Under the pieces are notes generated by a model, which was not told where the DNA came from, searched no databases, and was given only the letters and a program-made list of their open reading frames with translations. Below, one piece after another: positions 51,011 to 61,110 of a DNA stretch of 64,000 nt. The stretch spans positions 66,280,001 to 66,344,000 of the forward strand of contig NC_045697.1 in NCBI RefSeq assembly GCF_009834535.1, in the 5' to 3' direction. Each line of letters begins with the position of its first letter. Position 1 is the first letter of the stretch. A program made the position numbers and the translations under genes. This stretch comes from Camelus ferus. Taxonomy: Eukaryota.

Positions 51011-51162
51011 CTGAAAGACGGCGGCAAAGCATCCCAGGCAAATGTAAGAATAGGTGATGTGGTTCTCAGCATTGACGGAATAAGTGCGCATGGAATGACT
51101 CATCTTGAAGCCCAGAACAAGATTAAGGGTTGTACAGGCTCTTTGAATATGACCCTGCAAAG
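51011..51162 (+). CDS. PDLIM5: Internal coding exon of PDLIM5/ENH (second coding exon, usually numbered exon 3); C-terminal half of the PDZ domain
   Basis: Acceptor ttttttacAG ends at 51010 and donor AAG|GTAAAT starts at 51163. 152 nt, phase 0 start, phase 2 end. Translation LKDGGKASQANVRIGDVVLSIDGISAHGMTHLEAQNKIKGCTGSLNMTLQ(R) matches remembered PDLIM5 PDZ residues ~33-83. It lies within ORF-track entry 50954..51166, whose first 19 aa are intronic. Confidence 0.95.
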
Positions 51163-52423
51163 GTAAATTGCTTTTTGTTTGGCTCTGAGAGAGAAAACAA
51201 CACTGAGGAATGTGTTTTCGTGTATCTGATTCATGGTGTTAACTAAAAAGCAGTTTCTACTGCCATTGTTTCAGGTAGATGAATAAAAAATATAATGGCT
51301 TTTAAATTGGGTAATTGAGCAGTGTAAGAATTGGTGATAGCTTTGGATTATACAGCATGTATTCACATACACACAAAAATTGTGTGTATTGTTTCAGGGA
51401 ATTTAAGAATTCCTGAAATTTCTCAATGGATTGCAGGCTAGGAATTCTTATAGCGTAAAACTCTTGGCCTTAATATTCTGGGCAATATACTAGAGGGTAT
51501 TTTTTTAAGGTATGATTTTTTTTTAATGTCTTTTGCCTCTTTTTCTCCTGGGTAGAAAAATAAAATTTTAATATATGCATTTGAAGTCCAGATTTTCTGA
51601 ATTTAGTTTGGCTTCAGTTTTAAAATAGCTAATTATCACATTGGTTATACTATATCAGGTCTTTTCAGTATCCCAACATATGAACTATATTGATAGCACC
51701 TGGATTTCTTGTTAAAAATACTGATAGGAATCAGAATATCTGGAAGTAAGGGCCAAGAATTATATTTTGATAAATTGTCTGTGGTTATTATGAAATATAA
51801 AGATTGAACCACTATGGTGTCTTGGGTTGAGGGGAAGGGAGGAGAAAGAGGGAATAGAGGGAGCATGATTGAATGATGGCTCTGAACCTTTAAGTTTATA
51901 AGGAGGGTAGCTATCATTTACCAGGTGGTTATGGAGGATTTTAAGCAAGACTTGCTTTTTATGATTACAGAAGTGTTCTCTGTTCTATAAACTTTGGAAA
52001 GCACTATTTTCCTCTGAAACATCTTATAGTCTTCCATAAATTATTGTGTGTGTTATAAATCTTTAAGAGAGGAGTAATGTATGTGGTACTTTCCAAACAT
52101 TTTTAGCTATGAAACCTTTTTTTCTTGGAGTCTCTCCTGGGACTATTTAGAGGATATAAACAAAATAAATTATATGTACTTGTCCGGAGCAGTATCAGTT
52201 GGGTCTTAGGACAGAGTAGGAAACATTTTTGTGAACTTAGACTTACAGATTTACTTTGATGTATCATGACTTTCTGACCAGTTCCCCTTTGGAGAAATTT
52301 GTGTGTGTATGGTGAGTATGTGTGAGTGTGTATATGTGTGTGCGTGTGAAATTTCTTTCAATGGACCATTGAATCAAAGATCATGTATATTTAAATTTGG
52401 AAAGATATTAGCTATACATTGTA

Positions 52424-52648
52424 TTATTTTTTACTGTTTGTTTATAAACTGAAGTATAGTCAGGCTACAATGTTGTGTCAATTTCTGGTGTATAGCATAA
52501 CGTTTCAGTCATCCATATACATACATATATTCCTTTTTGTATTCTTTTTCATTATAGGTTACTACAAGATATTGAATAGTGTTCCCTGTGCAATGCAGAA
52601 GGAACTTGTTGTTTTATCTACTTTATATATAGTAGTTAGTATCTGCAA
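52424..52648 (-). mobile_element. 5'-truncated lineage-specific L1 3' end
   Basis: Same 3' UTR family as 6411-6596. TSD tagctatacattgta (52409-52423) / tagctatatatttta (52649-52663). Confidence 0.85.
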
Positions 52649-53711
52649 TAGCTATATATTTTAAAACATATAAAAGTAATCAATGAGAAAAAAAAACCTT
52701 GCTAAAAAGTTCCATTTTGATAGTATCCTTTCATTCTATATATTGAGACATGTAACACAAAAATTGTTACTAGTTAAATGAAGGTAGTCATTTTTGTTGA
52801 TAGGCATTTTTGCTAAGTATGAATTCTGAAAGGGATCCAAGAAGTCAAGAAGCTTAACTCGTCTAAGATATCAGCAAAACAAACACAGATGATGTTGAGC
52901 TGTTTCTCAAATTCGATACGGAAAGTTTATGTAGGGTGTAAGCTTTTTTTCTGGGCTGTGTGTCATTTCTTTCATAGTAGCTTACTTGTTTTCACATTGT
53001 GCTCCTTATTTTATGATCCAGGACTCAGTATCTTATTTTCTATTGAAAACACTTCTGGGTTCCTAAAGAGTAGATGAAAACCAGATGTTACCCTGTTTGA
53101 ATGCATTTCTAATTTAAGTCATCTGCTACTGACTCGAGAAGTGTCTTTGAAGCTACTTAAATACAAAATTATAAACATTTGGAGATACTACTTAATCTTG
53201 TCTTCTTATTTCTGAATATGGATACTCAAGAGACCCAAAATATGAGGGAGAATTTTAGAGTCCTGTTGTCATTTATTGTTACTCTTCTCCAGTTTTTGAA
53301 CACTTCTTTTGTTAGGTGATGTCAGCCTGAAAGAGAATTGCATTTGTGAGAATTCACGGTATGACATAGGCGTTGCTACTGAAGAAATGCTTTTTGCCTT
53401 TTATGGAAAAAATAAAACATTGAACAATTATCTTCAATTCTTCCCTATACGAAGGCCATTCTCTTCTTAAGTCCTCTCTCTTTCTCATATCAAAGCAAAT
53501 ATTTTTACTCCCACTCATTTCTGAGTTTGAACAACAGCATCCTTAATTGGCCTCCAGTCATCTTACCCTCTTTACCCCACCTCTCACCAACCAGACTGTT
53601 CAGCATTCTCCTTCCAAACTGAGTGAACTACAACAGGACTTTCTCTGTGTAACTTTTTCTTCATATACATGTAGTTTTCTTCATGAATAACTAGTACTTT
53701 CCTTCATAGAC

Positions 53712-54215
53712 TTGTCTTAGTCCAGTTTCCCGAGAAGCAGGACCTGAGATGGGATTCACATACAATTGATAGATCAAGAGAGATCTTTCAAATGTTACTT
53801 TCAAGGGAGTGAGTGAAGCAGGATTGGGAAGAAGAAACTGAGGTGAGCAGGGTTGTGGTTTCAGGGGATGTTTCGCCTTAGCTTCACCCAGGAGGGAACT
53901 TGGCAACAAAATTGTACCATTGAGTCTGTCTTACCTCGAGGCAAAGGAACTGGGCTTTTGTCCCCCTTCCTACGTTCCTTAGTCTTTGGCCACCAGCTAT
54001 CCTGGAAATACATGTGTGTGTGTATGTGTGTGTATGTGCGCATGCACACGTGCATGTGCAGGGGAAGGCTAGGAGGTAGCTTCTGCTGCTTCCACAGCAG
54101 AAGTTGCTGGTGTGAACCATTAGCAGCAATACAGGGAGCACCTTGAGGATGGATGTGCCAAGCCAGTAGAAGAGTTCTAGGGGACCCAGACTGGGTACCC
54201 ACAGTATGTGCTGTG
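53712..54215 (-). mobile_element. LTR16-like ERVL solo LTR with internal (TG)n tract
   Basis: tgtcttagtccagtttcccgagaagcaggacctgaga...gagtgagtgaagcaggattggg...aactgggcttttgt. Confidence 0.7.
54008..54060. repeat. 53-bp uninterrupted purine/pyrimidine alternation, (TG)-rich
   Basis: atacatgtgtgtgtgtatgtgtgtgtatgtgcgcatgcacacgtgcatgtgca. Confidence 0.9.
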
Positions 54216-54279
54216 AGATTCCATCCAGACTGGAGTCCCTTGCTCAGAGGAGCAGACTCTCTGCGACCAAGGCCCACTC

Positions 54280-54775
54280 AGATTGTCCTCCACAGATTAT
54301 CGCTGCTCATCAGTGAATACCATATTTCTGTTTTTAAGATACCTTACTGTCCCTCACATGCCTTTTTGTCCTCTTATGAAAATCTGCTTCATCTGGAACG
54401 CCTACCCACCTCTTCACTGCCAGTTCGTGCCTCCATTCCGCAAACTCCTCATCATCTACCCATAGTCTTTCCTTACCCATTTTCCCCCTTTGAACTCTTA
54501 TGACAAGTTTATACTATTCAGCTCAGCATTTAATTATACACTAGGTATAACTAGGAATAATAAGGCAGATTCCATGAGTCATATACAAATAAACCTAATT
54601 AGTTAATAATCATACCTAATACTGCCTATGTAGTTAACTAATTACTTCATGTATATTAGCTCTGTTTCACCAGCTAGACTCCTTGAAAGCAAAGACCATG
54701 TTTTTTTGTACTATTTATATTTGACAACATCTTGTATAGTCTTGTGTTTTTAGTGTCCAATAAATGTTCGATGGG
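54280..54775 (+). mobile_element. Degraded L2 fragment
   Basis: ctagactccttgaaagcaaagaccatgt...caataaatgtt 3' end. Confidence 0.55.
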
Positions 54776-54807
54776 CACCAGCATTATTTCTCAGACTTGG
54801 CATCACT

Positions 54808-55272
54808 GATTTATTCCACAAATATTTTTTGAGCTATTACTGTGTCAGGCACTGTTGTAGGTGCTGGGGACACAAAAGTGAGCAAAACAGACAAAATCCC
54901 TGCCCTCCTGGTGCTGACCTTTTAGTGAGCAGAGACAGATAATACACAAGTAAAAGCGTATGGTATGTCACATGGTGATAAGTGCTATAGGGAAAAATAA
55001 AGCATCTAAGGGCCATAGAGAATGCAGGGGTAGGAGACAGCAATTTAAGGTAGAGTGGTGGGGAAAGACTCAGTGAGAAGGTTGCTGGATCCCTGGGTCC
55101 CGAGTGTCCCAGGCGGAGGGAAGAGCTGGTGCAGTGGCCCCGTTGGGAAGACCAGTGTGCCTGGAGCAGAGTGAGTGAAGGCAGAGGGGTAAGAAGTGAG
55201 GTCAGAGAGGGATGGAGCAGGGAGTGGGTAGGGAAGGGACAGAACTTGTAGAGCCTTGTGGGGCACTGTAAT
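54808..55272 (-). mobile_element. L2a 3' fragment
   Basis: tgtgtcaggcactgttgtaggtgctggggacac...aaaacagacaaaatccctgccctc...ccagtgtgcctggagcagagtgag. Confidence 0.88.
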
Positions 55273-56354
55273 GTTTGTAATAAAATTTAAGTTTTCCTGG
55301 GCCTATAAAAAGTTGTGAGAACACCTTGGAGCGTTGTAGCTGCTTGGCCAGATCTACGGTAGGATTTGGGAGAGAAAAGACATCATTATTGGAAAGAGGG
55401 GCTAAAGGAGGAGCAGGCCAAGCCGCTCCCTAGTCTTTCTTTCTCATAGGATTAATCTCAGTTTAAGAAATAATTTAGGTTTCATCATTTTTAGTAAATT
55501 CTTTTTTTTTTGTATATTCATTTTTTATTGAAGTATAGTCTTGCTAGCGGTGCACTGCCTTTTCCTTCTAGTAGAAGTACTGGGTGATTACCACTTCTGC
55601 TCATCTCCACCCAGGAATCCCCAGGGGGAGACTATAAGAGAAAACCCATCCTTGTTTTTGAAATGAAAGTTACCAGCAATTTTGTTTTGTGAAATTGTTT
55701 TGGTATTAAGTACTATTGTTATATGTCTGTTCATTAAATATGTATATTTAATTGATCTCTTCTTTAAGCCCAACCTCAATATCCTAAAGTAGGATTTAAG
55801 TAAGAAAAAGTAAAATAAAGAGACTTGCTTGAGTAGGGTTATTTTGTACTGTTTTTCCTATCTAGTCTAATTTGGGGCTTTTGTAATAAAGCAAACACAC
55901 TATCTCTCATTGATATCCTAAAAAATAAAAGACTTGTATCATTGAATCCTAGCATCTAATGAATATAGAAGTGTGGAAGTTTTCATTTTGATTTGTCTTT
56001 TATCCTTGGAAAGGATGGGAAAGCATTTTTTTTCCCCCTGAAACTGGCACTGATTCTAAGTATACTACAACTGGACACTGAAAAATTCTATTTGAAATTA
56101 TTTTTCCTTTTGGGAGAATTAGGCAGATAGTAGTGTGCTTATTTTTAAATATCATTTGCATTTTGCCTATGCTTTTGATCCAAGTCAAAGTGGATCATTT
56201 AAAAAGTTGCATTATTTCAGCTAATAAGAGAAGAAAACTACTTTCTAAAGCTTTGATGTCTTGTAGCTCTATTAATTATCTTAGAGTTGGATCTGTGAAT
56301 AAGATTTTTGACTTTCATTTTATTTCAGTAATTCTCTGAATAACGTAGATAAAC

Positions 56355-56465
56355 CTGCTAGTAACTTACTGTATGAATTGGGGTAAGTCACTAAACTTCC
56401 AGGCCTTCATTTTCCTGACTGTAAAACGAGGTTAGGACTAATTTCTTAGTTGCCTTAAATTCTGG
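56355..56465 (+). mobile_element. MIR3-like fragment
   Basis: gggtaagtcactaaac...ttttcctgactgtaaaacgagg ttaggacta. Confidence 0.6.
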
Positions 56466-57586
56466 TTCTCTTGTTGTGGTTTTTCAGCTGTAAATGGATA
56501 AGTTCCCTAGAGCTTGCTGTTAGATCAGACTAACTTAAGTCTGCTTGTTTTGGCTTTGAGAATCAGGAAATTTGACTTTTTTCATTGGAGTTATCTTAAA
56601 CTGTGCCAGGTTAGCAGAGTGACTTGTACTACTCTGCCGACTTTAAGGTGAAAGGTCGGTCAGAATGATATTCAAACAAAACTTAATCATTAAAAAATAC
56701 TTTATATATTTGTCCTTATTTAATATTTTTAAATTAATCCTCTCAGAATCACAGGGACGATGTGTAATTTTTCTAATCTTTCTTGTTTTTTGCATTATTG
56801 GTAGTGGCATGTCTGTGTTTTTTTTAATTTTTTTGGTTCCTTAAACTTCATTTAGTGTATAACTTGTTATGATTGGAAGTGAAAGATATAGAAGGATTGA
56901 GTTTTGAAAAATATTGATGTACTCTCTTTCAGCCTCCTGCTTCTTCCTCATCCTTGAAGCTACAAAAAAAAAAAAAATTGTCAGAGGTCCAGTAACTACA
57001 ACTAATGAATGACAGAGTGGAATAATTTAATAGGCACTTTGAGTTACAAGAAAAAAGAAAAAGTAGCTGTTGTACCAGACTGAAGCTATTAGGCATCTTT
57101 TGTTTCATTTTAATGGATTGCTTAACATCCTATGACTGTTAACTTTAATGGGTTCAACTCTCTTTTTTCACTAATATCATAGAGGCAAGATTTCAGAAAG
57201 TTTTTATTTTTTTAATCGGAGGTTTTGGTTCTCTATCTGGGATGCTTCTTTTCATGTGAATTAAAAGACATTTAGTTTGATTATCTTTTCTTTTAATTGG
57301 AGTTTCACATTATCCCACCTCTGGTTCCTTTTTTCCCTTTGGTATTTCATATGCTTTTTGAATGTCTTTTCTGCAATTTAGGTTTTATTGGTTTTTCTTG
57401 TTTGTTTTTTGCTTGTTTGTGTTGGTTTTAATCTTGTTTTTTAATTCTTTGTTTGGAGGATAACTTTTTCAGAAGGACTGTCTGATTAATCTACCCTCCT
57501 CCTCATCATTAAAATTAGAAGTGCTGCTTAGGAAGAAAGTGGAAGAGGACAAGCACACATTGACATCTCTTTAGTGCAAGTCTTTT

Positions 57587-58071
57587 TTTTTTTTAATAAG
57601 AGTGTAGTTGATTTATAATATGTTAGTTCCTGGTATACAGCATAGTCATTCAGTTGTATGTATATATGTGTGTGTGTCTGTGTGTGTATTTATATTCAAA
57701 CAGCACTTTTTCATATTCTTTTTCCTTATAGGTTACTACAAGATATTGAATATAGTTCCCTATGGTATACAGTAGAAACTTGTTGTTTATCTATTTTATA
57801 TATACTATTTAGTATCTGCAAATCTCGAACTCCCAATTTATCTCTTCCTTCCCCCTTCCCCCTCTGGTAACCGGAAGTCTGTTTTCTGTGTCTGTAAGTC
57901 TGTTTCTGTTTCATAAATAAGTTCATTTGTGTTTTTTAGATTCCACATAGAAGTGATATCATATGATATTTGTCTTTCTCTGTCTGACTTACTTCACTTA
58001 GTATGATAATCTCTAGGTCCATTTGTGTTGCTGCAAATGGCATTATTTCATTCTTTTTTATGGCTGAGTAG
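57587..58071 (-). mobile_element. 5'-truncated L1 3' end inserted into a MIR
   Basis: polyT, then L1 3' UTR into the end of ORF2 (gattccacat...tctgacttacttcacttagtatgataatctctaggtccat...tatggctgagtag). TSD gtgca(a/g)gtctttt at 57574-57586 and 58077-58089. Confidence 0.9.
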
Positions 58072-59191
58072 TTTTTGTGCAGGTCTTTTCACATATCTCA
58101 CTTAATCCTTTTATCAGTCCATTGAGGAAGCAGTTAACATACCCATTTTCTGGATGATTATTTTATGGCTTTGAGAGTTTATGTGACTTGCCTAACAAAC
58201 CCAGATCAGTTCAAAGACTGCCCTCCCCTCTTTCTTTGCTGTAACAAGGGCCTTGGTGACTATAGTCTCATAATAAAATTTGGTAAGACAGGATAGTAAT
58301 TTAATAGGAGTTACTCCTTGATTCTTTTACTTTTAAGCAACAGCATCTCTTTTCATTTTCACTCTCACCTTTCAGTATTCCATAATAAATATTATACCTA
58401 AATTATTTTCTGTGTGCTTCATAGACCTTATATATTAGAATAAAAGTAAAAGAAAATAAGGAGGCTCAATAGATGAGTGGGCTGCTAGGTAGAAGCATTC
58501 ATTTGGATACTGTCTTGTATATATGGTTGCTTGTCCTAAATCAAAATGTCATTTTTAATTCCCCCCCCCAAGTTTATAAGCTTGTTGACTATAGTATTTG
58601 CTAGCTTATTTCTGTTTTAAAGTTAGAAAACTTTTTTCTTCAGATGGCTCTGTCTGTGCATTCCATGAGTAACTAAGGATTCACAAATTTTAAAAAAGTA
58701 TGTTTTTAAGACTTCTTACTCAATATGACGCTGACTGGAAAAGATGCTGAAACTGCCTATCAGCAGACCTACAAGGGAAGTATTTATCTTTTATCTCTTC
58801 TTCTTCAATTCACTAGGGATAAAGACTGCTGAAAACGAACTTGAAGACTCAAATTAGTGCATCATTTTTGATAGTCTGTAGCAACTTGGCAATAGCAGAT
58901 TTGGTAAATATGGGTTTGTCAGAGTATTTTGCATTTTGAAATTCTTGCCTTTGAACTTTACATCTTGAAAGTACAGTTTGTTTTTTTTTTTTAACATTAG
59001 AGTCTTATTGATTTATCTGAAGGAAAAAATATTTCATTCTGTAATCCTTTGAGTTAAAATAATCCTAGAGAATAATACATTTAAACACCTGTTTAATTTT
59101 GAAGCTTTAATGTAAATCCTTAATATGTAGAATATTTTTGTATGTGTATAATTTTTAAATAGGCCATGGAATAGAGATATAAAGAAGGAGA

Positions 59192-59395
59192 TTGGTAGTA
59201 AAACTGGCTTTGAAATTAGGACAACTTGGTACAAACCTTGGTTCCACCACTTCCTAGCTGTGTGACCTTAGGCACGTTATATAACTGAGTTTGTTAGCCA
59301 TTTGTAAGTGGGCAAAGTAATAACTCCCTTCTAGGGCTATTATAAAGGTTAGATGAAATAATAAATGTAAAAAACCTAGGACATAATGTAGATAA
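59192..59395 (+). mobile_element. MIR SINE
   Basis: ccacttcctagctgtgtgaccttaggcacgtta...aaataataaatgtaaa. Confidence 0.8.
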
Positions 59396-60153
59396 GTTTT
59401 CTCTCCTTTCTTCCTGTTTCTCTCTTCAGTATAAGTGAGTGTCAATACAGTGTCCATTGTAAAGTTACTTCTAGGAGATTGTATTTATTTTGTTTCTTAG
59501 CAACAAAATGGGTGTGACTGGAGGGAAATAGGGAGAAAATGAGAGGGCCGTCTGGTAGGTAGTTATCTTTGAAAGTCAGAAAGATGATGATTCAAGTGTT
59601 AGAAGAAAGGATTGTTTATAGTCAAGTGAGTGGTTTTTGATCATACAATTGTAATTAAAGCTTTTTTAAAGCATGCAGTGGATACAGATATTATGCTTAG
59701 TGCTAGCTAACTACTGCCTTCGTTCAAGAACTATCTCAACCAATAATTTATGGCAGAGAAGAGAAACCGGTATGCCCCTAGTCTTGTTTATTCTGCTAAT
59801 TCCTCTTGTTCTCTTTAGAGGAACAATGCAGATATAGTTCTCTCTTACTCTGGGTTAAGCCAGAAAGACAAACAACAAAAAAAAGTTTTTTCTGTCACTC
59901 TCCCGTCCAAATTCATGTGTATTCCCTTTAATTTCCTGTGTGACATTAATATCAAGTTAAATTTCTAACTATTGGATTGTGTTTTTATGATACTTTTAGA
60001 AATAATTTTCTCTTGTAGCCTTTTATCAACACTGTCATTACTTAAGTTTAATTGGAAAATCTCATAATGTTCCAAATTTTTGAAAATTGGACTTCTTCAG
60101 ATTTACCTTATGACCAGGTGCCATAAGGGGTGGATATAAAGAGAATGATTTAT

Positions 60154-60296
60154 TTATTTATTTTTAATTTAAAAAAAAACCTTTTTTGGGGGGTAGGTGC
60201 TTAGGTTTATTATTTATTTTTAGTGAAGGTACTAGGGATTGAAACAGGACCTCGTGCATGCTAAGTGCGCACTCTACCACTGCTCTACCCTTCCCC
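60154..60296 (-). mobile_element. tRNA-derived SINE, long-tail form
   Basis: ggtactagggattgaaacaggacctcgtgcatgctaag...cccttcccc. TSD aagaga(a/g)tgatttat at 60139-60153 and 60300-60314. Confidence 0.9.
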
Positions 60297-60319
60297 ACTA
60301 AGAGAGTGATTTATGATTG

Positions 60320-61110
60320 GGATATTTATTGAGATAGGGAGAGACAGAAACTGCTACAGAGGTTCAAAGAGGGCAAGATCCTTTTCAGATGGAAAGGCTT
60401 CTTATAGGTGCTGAATCTTGGGCTTGGCTTTGATGAGAAGACTGTCTCAGATGGGGGCGGCCAGTCCCCAAGGATCTGTTCAGACGAGCATGCTAACCAT
60501 CAAAAGTGGAGATAAGAATGAAAGGAAAGTTAGGTTTGAATAATGCTTTGCAGAGTCTTAGACACTGAGATGTTGAAAGTTTTGATCAGAAAAGTGACAT
60601 TTTCAGGAAAGTGTTTAATGAGACTGCTTGGAGGAAGGTAGACACCAGAGGCAGGGAGACCAGTTTGACAAGGATTGCAGTAACGTGGGGCTTGAGGGCC
60701 TGAAATGGAAAGCAGAGGAGAAATGGGAGGAATTAGAATCTGTGAACAGTAATTCTAAAGGCCACAGTAATGGTGTGAATATGAGGAAAGAGGGAAGAGC
60801 CAAAGAAGGCTCATGTTTTCAGCCTGCTGGACCCGGGCTCCATTCTCCTGTCACCTTCTCCCGGCTCCTTGACTCCCTGGAGCCATGGTTCTGCTCTGCT
60901 TTACACTAGAGTGTCTCACAGATTCCTCAACCTCAGTATGGTCAGAACTGAGCTCTCCACCTTGTCTCACCAGTTTGCATCTCCAGCTGCACTTATCTTG
61001 TTGAAGCGCCCACCACCCACCCTGTTACCCAGATGAGGAGGACTCATTCCTTGTCTGAACCTCCCACATTCATCTCTAACCACCTGTTAGTACACTTTGT
61101 ATGTATCTCA
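60320..61110. mobile_element. Two abutting degraded L2 fragments in opposite orientation (minus to ~60830, plus after)
   Basis: Purine-rich L2 antisense text (gaggcagggagaccagtt...aggattgcagtaa) switches to pyrimidine-rich L2 sense text (ctcaacctcagtatggtcagaactgagctc). Confidence 0.6.

Noticed and set aside
53691..54503. Cluster of 60-138 aa ORFs on both strands
   Set aside because: Explained by the LTR16-like element, the (TG)n tract and L2 sequence.
43423..60296. SINE-driven circularisation of the PDZ exon
   Set aside because: The nearest flanking SINEs and young L1 ends are in the same orientation. The inverted L2 copies are too diverged to argue for pairing.
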